Below are positions 33,046 to 40,549 of a DNA stretch of 40,549 nt, in pieces. This DNA is from Chiloscyllium plagiosum (Eukaryota). Below the pieces are notes generated by a model. That model did not search any database. It was not told the DNA's origin and saw nothing but the letters and a program-made list of their open reading frames with translations. A program made the translations under genes and the position numbers. The number at the start of each line of letters is the position of its first letter. The stretch's first letter is position 1. The stretch covers positions 3,804,546 through 3,845,094 of the forward strand of contig NC_057754.1 of NCBI RefSeq assembly GCF_004010195.1, in the 5' to 3' direction.

Positions 33046-34357
33046 GCTTACTGAATGTTTTCAAGGTAGAAGCAGGAGATTCTTAAATCTAAGGAGAAGA
33101 AAATCAAAGGGCAGGGGGATCTAAGGTTACCAGGGGTAGCTGGGAGTGTGGTATTTGAAACCCAAACCAATCAGCCATGGTTATATTGAATGGCAAAGCT
33201 AATCTGACACCTCAGATGGTCCACCCCTGCAACTTGCCTCTCTGTGTTTGATGTTTGCATTGGAAGGATAAGAGATGGCTTGATTGAAACACACAGCTAC
33301 CAGAGGGGACCATTTAAAAGTTTGGTCATTGGCTGTGAGCATTGCATCAGCATTTAATGCCCATCCCTAGTTGCCTCTTGAACTGAGCTGTTGGCCTGTC
33401 CATTACAGAGAGCAGTTAAGAGTCAGTTACATTACCCTGGGCGTCACATAGAGGACAGACCAGGTAAGGATGGCAGATTGCCCTCCCCCAAGAGGGCGTT
33501 TGATGGGTTTCTTAACACCGGGGGAGGTCACCTTTGGGCTGGCATTTTATTTCAGGTTTTTAATCAAATTCAGATTTCAGCCTCTGGCGTGGTGGGATTT
33601 GAACCCTTATCCCCAGAACATTAGGCTGGGCCTCTGGATTACTGACCCAGTAGCATTACCGCCTTCCTGCTGTGCACAGGAGGAAAGGATGTCTCCTCTT
33701 GTTGGAGAACTTAGAAAGTGGGGTTTGTGTTACAGAATGTACAGTCACCTGTTTAAGATGGAGAGAAGGAGATTTTGTTTTAATCCCTCAGTTTTAACTG
33801 TGCTTGGAATGCTGTTCCATGAAAGGTAGTGAATACAGAAACCTTAAATATTTTAAGGCAGAGCTCGGTAGATTCGCATTGAGCGAGAAGGTGAAAGTTT
33901 ATCAGAGATAGGCGGCAATATAGAGTATCAGATCAGCCACGAGTTTGTATTGATATGTTCACTCTGTGGCATTGTGTGTGAGCAGATGTGGCTTTGTGTG
34001 TGTGTGTGTGTCACTGTGTTTGATCGTGTACATTAATCTCTACATGAGAGAGAATGTGTATGTATCCATGTACCATTTATGTGTCTGAGTTTAACATTGT
34101 ATGTGCACATGTGGGTCTGTGAATATTTCAGTGTTTGCATACCATTGGCAAAGTATGCGATGTCTTGTAATGGGTCACTGACTGTATGCATGTGAGGGAA
34201 GAAATGAGATTGTGTGCCTCATTGTGAATTGAGTGTGTGTGTGACATTTAACGTGTGTGACAGTGTGAAAATGTGTGTGTGAGAGAGAGAGAGAGAGAGA
34301 TTGCATGTCTGACAGTATGGGTGTGTACATTATACCCTGTGCAACTGAGCTAATTGC

Positions 34358-34780
34358 TGAAAACAGACCAAATGCTGGAGATCACAACGGGTCAGGCAGC
34401 ATCCATGGAGAGAGAGCAAGCTAACGTTTCGAGACTGGATGAGTGTTCTTCAGAGCTGACGTGGAGGGGGCAGCATTTGTGCAATAGTGGGGACAGTGTG
34501 CGTTGGAGTGCTGGGGGGGGGGGGAAAAGGATGTTGGTAATTCAGGATGAAGTGATCGGACTTTGGGAATGGCCGAACAATGATGCCAGACTGGAAAAAA
34601 AACAGACCGTCCCACTGGGGAGGGGAGAGGGGATGACAGAGAATGTAACCGGGCAAAACTGAAATGAAGGGAAGGAATGGATTCCCAATCTGAAGAAGTT
34701 GAACTCCAAAAGGTTGTGAAGTGCCTGGTGTGAAGATGAGATGTTGCTCCTCGAGTCTGCGCTGTGATTTGCTCACGGGT
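34358..34780 (-). mobile_element. Penelope-like terminal fragment with a decayed hammerhead (34419-34457)
   Basis: The minus strand encodes QRRLEEQHLIF, as in the 32120 element, and reads agct-CTGAAGA...GAAAC-GTT-agct. Confidence 0.75.
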
Positions 34781-34804
34781 TGTGAGTCGCACTGGCTAGT
34801 CTCA

Positions 34805-35046
34805 AAGTTAAATATCTCACAACACCAGGTTATAGTCTAACAGGTTTAATTGGAAGCACTAGCTTTCGGAGCGTCGCTCCTTCATCGGGTGATAGTGGAG
34901 GACACAACCTGCTGTCCACTACCACCTGATGAAGGAGCGACGCTCCGAAAGCCAGTGCTTCCAATTAAACCTGTTGGACTATAACCTTGGTGTTGTGAGA
35001 TATTTAACTTTGTACACCCCAGTCCAACACCGGCCTCTCCAAATCA
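34805..35046. mobile_element. Short Penelope-like palindromic insertion (third family) with a 12-bp TSD
   Basis: About 95-bp inverted arms (34805-34898 versus about 34915-35010). The TSD tggctagtctca is at 34793-34804 and 35047-35058. A partial relative lies at about 27040-27110. Confidence 0.87.
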
Positions 35047-35119
35047 TGGCTAGTCTCAGCATTTGTTGCCCAGACCTAGTTGTCATTGGGAACTTAGTGG
35101 TGAGGCACACACATGAACA

Positions 35120-35149
35120 GTGTGTGTGTGTGTGCGCGCGCGCACATGT
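35120..35149. repeat. (GT)n(GC)n alternating purine-pyrimidine microsatellite
   Basis: gtgtgtgtgtgtgtgcgcgcgcgcacatgt. Confidence 0.9.
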
Positions 35150-35339
35150 CACCATATAATTGTTACTGGATGAACAGAGGGAGAGGGGTTCAGAGTTCAA
35201 AGGTCAGTGGGAGAGGGGGCATATCAATGGATGCAACAAGCCCATTTCACCACCTCCCCCCGGTTCAGGACAGCTGGTACAGAGCATGTCGCTGGTGCAA
35301 AAGCTGTTCTCGTAATGAGCTGCCTCCGATTTCTTGCAG

Positions 35340-35477
35340 GAATCCAATCGGTGGATATTGATGTCAGCACAGAGCAGGTACTAATCGACACAACACTGAC
35401 ATCCAGGGAGGTGCAGGAGCTGATAGAGAGCACGGGCAGACGGGCCGTGTTAAAAGGCATGGGCCCATCCACTCTCA
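35340..35477 (+). CDS. CCS: CCS exon 3 (GIQSVDIDVSTEQVLIDTTLTSREVQELIESTGRRAVLKGMGPSTL)
   Basis: 138-nt phase 1/1 exon, ttcttgcAG / GTgagt; contains the E-x-TGR-x-AVLKGMG motif. Confidence 0.95.
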
Positions 35478-35534
35478 GTGAGTACAACAGCCAAGATCTC
35501 TCACTGCGAGACCCAGGCGAGTGGTTAAAGGGGA

Positions 35535-36310
35535 ATTATTGAGGGAGTTTTACTCTGCATCTAACCCCGTGCTGTTCCGGGAGTGTTTAATGTGGAGAGG
35601 GAAGAATGTGGTGCTTGAAAGACACAGCAGGTCAGGCAGCATTCGAGGAGCAGGAAAATCGACGTTTCAGGCAAAAGCTCTTCATCAGGACGTTTTATCC
35701 GAAACATCGATTTTCCTGCTCCTCGGATGCTGCCTGACCTGCTGTGCTTTTCCAGCACCACACTCTTGATTCTAATCACCAGCACCTGCAGTCCTCACTT
35801 TTGCCACAATGTAGAGTGGGCTTTACTCTGTATCTAACCCCGTGCTGTCCCTGTCCTGGGAGTATTTGATAGGGGACAATGTACAGGGAGCTTTCCTCTG
35901 TACCTAGCCCCGTGCTGTCCCTGTCCAAGGAGTATTTGATGGGATAGTGTTGAAGGAGCTTTACTCTGTGTTTAACCCCATGTTGTCCCTGTGCAAGGAG
36001 TGTATGATGGCGGGACAGTGTAGAGGAAGCTTTACTCTGTATCTAACCCTGTGCTGTCCCTGTCCTGGGGAGTGTTTGTTGGGGACAGTGTAGAGTGAGC
36101 TTTACTCTGTATCTAACCCTGTGCTGTCCCTGTCCTGGGGAGTGTTTGTTGGGGACAGTGTAGAGGGAGCTTTATTCTGTATCTGACCCTGTGCGGCCCC
36201 TGTCCTGGGGAGTGTTTGTTGGGGACAGTGTAGAGGGAGCTTTACTCTGTATCTGACCCCGTGCTGCACCTGTCCTGGGGAGTGTTTGTTGGGGACAGTG
36301 TAGAGGGAAC
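35535..36310 (+). repeat. Minisatellite with a 69-70-bp unit, about 8 copies, interrupted by a Penelope-like palindrome (about 35605-35806), in CCS intron 3
   Basis: tgtcctgggg recurs at 36061, 36131, 36201 and 36271. Unit: gggagctttactctgtatctaaccccgtgctgtccctgtcctgggagtgtttgatggggacagtgtaga. Confidence 0.93.
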
Positions 36311-36375
36311 CTTGTCTTCAGTCTAAAGGAGCAGAGGGAGGGGTCTAACCTGCGCACTGTGGTGTTTCTCTGCAG

Positions 36376-36553
36376 AGGACCTGGGTGCTGCTGTGGCCAT
36401 GCTGGGCCCAGAGGGCAACATCAAGGGTGCAGTGCGATTCCTGCAGCTGTCGGAGAAGATGTGCCTCATCGAGGGAACAGTCGATGGTCTGAAACCTGGC
36501 CAACATGGGCTGCACGTGCACGAGTTCGGAGACCTGACCAACTCCTGCCTCAG
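36376..36553 (+). CDS. CCS: CCS exon 4 (DLGAAVAMLG...GAVRFLQLS...CLIEGTVDGLKPGQHGLHVHEFGDLTNSCL), SOD-like domain
   Basis: 178-nt exon, tctctgcAG / GTacac, with the LGAAVA, VRFLQL and HGLHVH-x-FGDL motifs. No later CCS exons were found in the window. Confidence 0.96.
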
Positions 36554-36896
36554 GTACACTGTTTCCCGGGGAGTGTGTGCACGTATCAGGGAGATATTGG
36601 GGTGTAGTTCCCCTGCCATCCCTTTTAGCTTCCTATGTTGACAGTCATGACCTTTAGCACCCCATTCAATTCCTGAGCCTTGGCGTTGCCAGCCTACTTG
36701 ACCCTTGGTGTGAACCGCGACCACACCCCTTTCATTGTGGGTGTTGCTGGGCAAGGCCTAACATTTTCCTTCTCCATTCCCTAACAGTCCCTTGAAGGGG
36801 TGATGCTACATCCATCTGGATCTAAGCCTGTTGGAGAAGCTGAAACCAAGAGAGTTTTTGTGATGGTTAGAGTTTATTAATTACTCAGTCTCACGT

Positions 36897-38195
36897 AGTC
36901 ATAGAGTCATCCAGCATGGAAACAGACCCTTCGGTCCAACCAGTCCATCACCACAAACTACACCAGTTCCACCTGCCTGCTCCTGGCCCATATCCCTCCA
37001 AACCCTTTCCTATTCATGTCCTTATCCAAATATCTTTTAAATCTTGTAACTGTCCCCACATCCACCACTTCCTCTGCAAGTTCATTCCACACGTGAACCA
37101 CTCTCAGTGTAAAGCGTTTACCCATCAGGTCTTTTTGAAATCTTTCTCCTCTCACATGGTTGGCACGGTGGCTCAGTGGTTAGCACTGCTGCCTCACAGC
37201 ACCAGAACCCGGGTTCAACTCCCACCTCAGGTGACTCTCTGTGTGGAGTTTGCACATTCTCCCTGTGTCTGTGTGGGGTTCCTCCGGACGCTCCAGTTTC
37301 TTCTCACAGTCCAAAGATGTGCAGGTTAGGTGGATTGGCCATGCTAAATTGCCCGTCCTGTTAGGTGAAGGGGTAAATGTAGGGGAATGGGTCTGGGTGG
37401 GTTGCGCTTCGGCAGGTCGGTGTGGACTTGTTGGGCCGAAGGGCCTGTTTCCACACTGTAAGTAATCTAATCTAATCTAATCTTAAATGTGTGCCCTCTA
37501 GTCTTGAAACTCCCCCATCCTAGGAAAAAGACAACTACCCTATCTATAGGGGGTGGCACAGTGGCTCAGTGGTTAGCACTTCTGCCTCACAGTGCCAGGG
37601 ACCTGGATTCGATTCCAGCCTCTGGCAACTGTCTGCGTGGAGTTTGCACATTCTCCCCCTGTGTCTGCGTGGGTTTCCTCCGGGCGCTCTGGTTTCCTCC
37701 CGCAGTCCAAAGGCCTGCAGGTCAGGGTGGATTGGCCGTGCTAAATTGTCCCATAGTGCCCAGGGATGTGCAGGTTAGGGTGGATTGGCCATGCTAAATT
37801 GCCCATAGTGTTAGGTGCATTAGTCAGGGGTAAATCTAGGGTAGGGGAAGGGGTACTCTTCGGAGGGTCGGTGTGGACTTGTTGGGCTGAGGTGGCCTGT
37901 TTCCACACTGTAGGGAATCTAATCTATACGCCTCATGATTTTATAAACTTGTACATGCCAGTGAAAAGGGTGCCAGCCTATCCTGCCTTTCTTTGGAAAG
38001 CAGGCCTTCCAATCCTGGCACCATCTTGTCAATCTCTTCTAAACTCTCTCCAGCTTAATACTATCCTTCCCATTACCGGGAGACCAGAACTGGACACACA
38101 GTACTCTAGACGAGGCCTCACCAGCATCCTGTACAACCTCAACATGTCGTCCCAACTCCTATACTCAAAGGACTGAGCAATAAAAGCAAGCATAC
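36897..38195. mobile_element. Minus-strand CR1/HER1 fragment interrupted by two plus-strand HE1 SINEs (37160-37482, 37549-37927)
   Basis: The HER1 sequence resumes after each SINE; each SINE has A/B boxes and an (ATCTA)n tail. Confidence 0.88.
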
Positions 38196-38364
38196 ACGCA
38201 ATTCCCCCTTGTTCTCCCGAAAATAGTACAACAGGCAATATTTCATTTCGCTAACAAGCGTTTGGGTGGTTTGGGTGTGGTTGTAAAGGACCCCACCACA
38301 CAGGTCTATATATTTTCTTTAAATATCCTGTGAAAGATATTTTAGCCATTCACAGTCAAATGAC

Positions 38365-38750
38365 GGAGACTGAGGGGTGACCTTATAGAGGTTTATAGAT
38401 TCAGGAGGGGCATGGAGAGGATAAATCTTTTCCCTGAGGTGAGGGAGTCCAGAACTAGAGGGCATAGGTTTCAAGTGAGAGGGGAAAGGTAGAAAAGAGG
38501 CCTAAGGGGCAACTTTTTCATTCGGAGGGTGGTGTGTGTATGGAATGAGCTGCCAGAGGAAGTGGTGGAGGCTGGTACAATGACAACATTTAAAAGGCAT
38601 CTGGATGGGGACATGAATAGGAAGGGTTTAGAGGGATATGGGCTGGGTGCTGGGAAACGGGACTAGATGGGGTTGGGATATCTAGTCGGCATGGACAGGT
38701 TGGACCAAAGGGTCTGTTTCCATGCTGTACATCTCTATGACTATGACTCT
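38365..38750 (+). mobile_element. CR1/HER1 3' fragment
   Basis: RRLRGDLIEVY remnant running through to the HER1 tail. Confidence 0.88.
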
Positions 38751-38926
38751 GTGAATTAATTTAAAAATAAAATTGATGCAATGTGTTGGCAATACTGGCT
38801 AGGCCAGCATTTATCGGCCGCCCTTGATAATTAAGAGTCACCCACGTTTCTGTGGGTCACGCTTAGGCCAGGTCAGGTAAATGATATGACTGAACCAGAT
38901 GGATTTTTCACAATTGATGATGGTTT

Positions 38927-39238
38927 TAGATTAGATTAGATTCCCTACAGTGTGGAAATAGGCCCTTCAGTCCAACAAGTCCACACCGACCCTCCGAAGA
39001 GCAACCCACCCCCCGACATTCACCCCTGACTAATGCACCTCACACTATGGACAATTTAGCGTGGCCAATTCACCTGACCTGCACATCTCTGGGCTGTGGA
39101 GGAAGCCGGAGCACCCGGACGAAACCCACACAGACACAGGGAGAATGTGCAAATTCCACACTGCCCCAGTCGCGAATCGAACCCGGGTCCCTGGTTCTGT
39201 GAGGCAGCAGTGCTAACCACTGAGCCACCGTGCTGCCC
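38927..39238 (-). mobile_element. HE1-type SINE inserted in a family-2 SINE
   Basis: Full HE1 body; the flanks (38790-38925 and 39240-39350) are the two halves of the 1448-type SINE. Confidence 0.85.
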
Positions 39239-39610
39239 CTTAATTCCAGTAATCTTATTTATATGTATTGAATTCAATTTCTGCCATGGCAGGGTTCAAA
39301 CCCAGGTCCCCAGAGCATTGCCTAGTGATAATACCAAGGATATCACCTCCCCTTGAGGGAGATCTATGTCATCAAATTGAAAACACCACATTGAATTGTT
39401 CATGTCACTCGATAAAAGAACATCTTGCAAGTGCTGCCTTCTAGGGGCAGTGCAGCACTAACAAAAATAGGGGAACTGTAAAAGGAGGGAGGAAGCGATC
39501 AAATTAAAAGGGAGTTTGTGGGGGATATAATATACACAGCCCCCACTCCAGGCTCTACCCGTCAATTCATTAATCAATTGACCTCAATCATTTAATGATC
39601 TACTTGCAAT

Positions 39611-39975
39611 TGTTGTGGCTCTGTTCGCCGAGCTGGGAATTTGTGTTGCAGACGTTTCACCCTCTGTCTAGGTGACATCCTCAGTGCTTGGGAGCCTCCT
39701 GTGAAGCGCTTCTGTGATCTTTCCTCTGGCATTTATAGTTATTTGTACCTGCCGCTTCCAGTTGTCAGTTCCAGCTGTCTGCTGTAGTGGCTGGTATATT
39801 GGGTCCAGGTCGATGTGCTTATTGATTGAATCTGTGGATGAGTGCCATGCCTCTAGGAATTCCCTGGCTGTTCTCTGTTTGGCTTGTCCTATAATAGTAG
39901 CGTTGTCCCAGTCGAAATCATGTTGCTTGTCATCTGCGTGTGGCTACTAAGGATAGCTGGTCGTGTCGTTTCGTG
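39611..39975 (-). mobile_element. Penelope-like terminal fragment (same family as 18779-19575)
   Basis: Near-identical to 18813-19170, with a hammerhead-like motif at 39648-39687. Confidence 0.88.
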
Positions 39976-40549
39976 ACACTTTAATCAGCAGGGACAGTGT
40001 GTGTGAGGGTACTGGGTTGCTCCTTTATCCTTGTCACTTATCCAGATCAGCAGAACTCTGTCAGTTTGTAGCTGAGTCACTGTGGCGAGAATTGTGGGAG
40101 GGGGCATAACATGATAAAACCCAGAGCGGGGCAGATGGACCAAGCAGATAAGTGTCTTTGTTCTGGGAATTCTCCCATCAATGACTCCTGAAATGCTACT
40201 TTAGAAGTTTCAGCGGGAATATCTACACATGCATAATAGCTGTTTCACTTTTCTTAATCTGACATCAAACACATGCTTCTTTCCCTGTCTGCTGCAGTGT
40301 GAGGCACGGAGTAGACCCAGAGTATCCTGGCGCCAGAGATCTGCCACCCCATCTCTCACTGCCACTCCTGTTTCACAGAACACACTCAGCTCATCACTGT
40401 ACTGGAAACCACTGCAAATATTAAACTCAGTGATCACGATAGTTACCCAGGATGCATAGACTTGCTGAGACATTTGTATCATCAATAGTTGCACTTTATG
40501 TGCCAGAAGACTGGAGGTTGGCTAATGTGGTGCCATTCTTTAAGAAAGG

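Noticed and set aside
37160..37235. tRNA gene (A and B boxes)
   Set aside because: This is the head of an HE1 SINE and continues into the SINE body and tail. The same applies at 1448, 22908, 29585 and 37549.
40270..40400. Acceptor-like site (ctttccctgtctgctgcag) as CCS exon 5
   Set aside because: The downstream sequence does not encode the expected CG-x-H-F/Y-NP motif in any frame, so exon 5 probably lies beyond the window.

Overview
Eukaryotic (vertebrate) genomic DNA, almost certainly from a shark. This rests on HE1-type SINEs, HER1/CR1 LINEs and Penelope-like elements; the species cannot be fixed from sequence alone. The window is repeat-dense and has five N gaps. It holds parts of three spliced genes. 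(1) The last four coding exons of a serine racemase (SRR, + strand, 2738-7411). (2) The last three coding exons of an SLC35F3/SLC35F4-like membrane transporter (- strand, 11977-15164), convergent with SRR; its upstream exons were not found and may lie in the 500-N gap. (3) The first four coding exons of the copper chaperone for SOD1 (CCS, + strand, 26624-36553). Most remaining sequence is transposon-derived: an L1 5' end with ORF1, a Tx1-like ORF2 end, many CR1/HER1 fragments, three tRNA-derived SINE families, a composite solo LTR, and several Penelope-like elements. The Penelope-like elements form inverted-repeat insertions that carry minimal hammerhead-ribozyme motifs. Two minisatellites (43-bp and ~70-bp units) sit in CCS introns. 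The most notable observations are the co-varying minimal hammerhead ribozymes in several Penelope families, two active-site substitutions in the racemase (HPN->HSN, LSGG->LCGG), a possible third SLC35F3/4 paralogue next to CCS, and a ~42-copy minisatellite that arose inside a SINE. I found no evidence of a wholly new genetic system.
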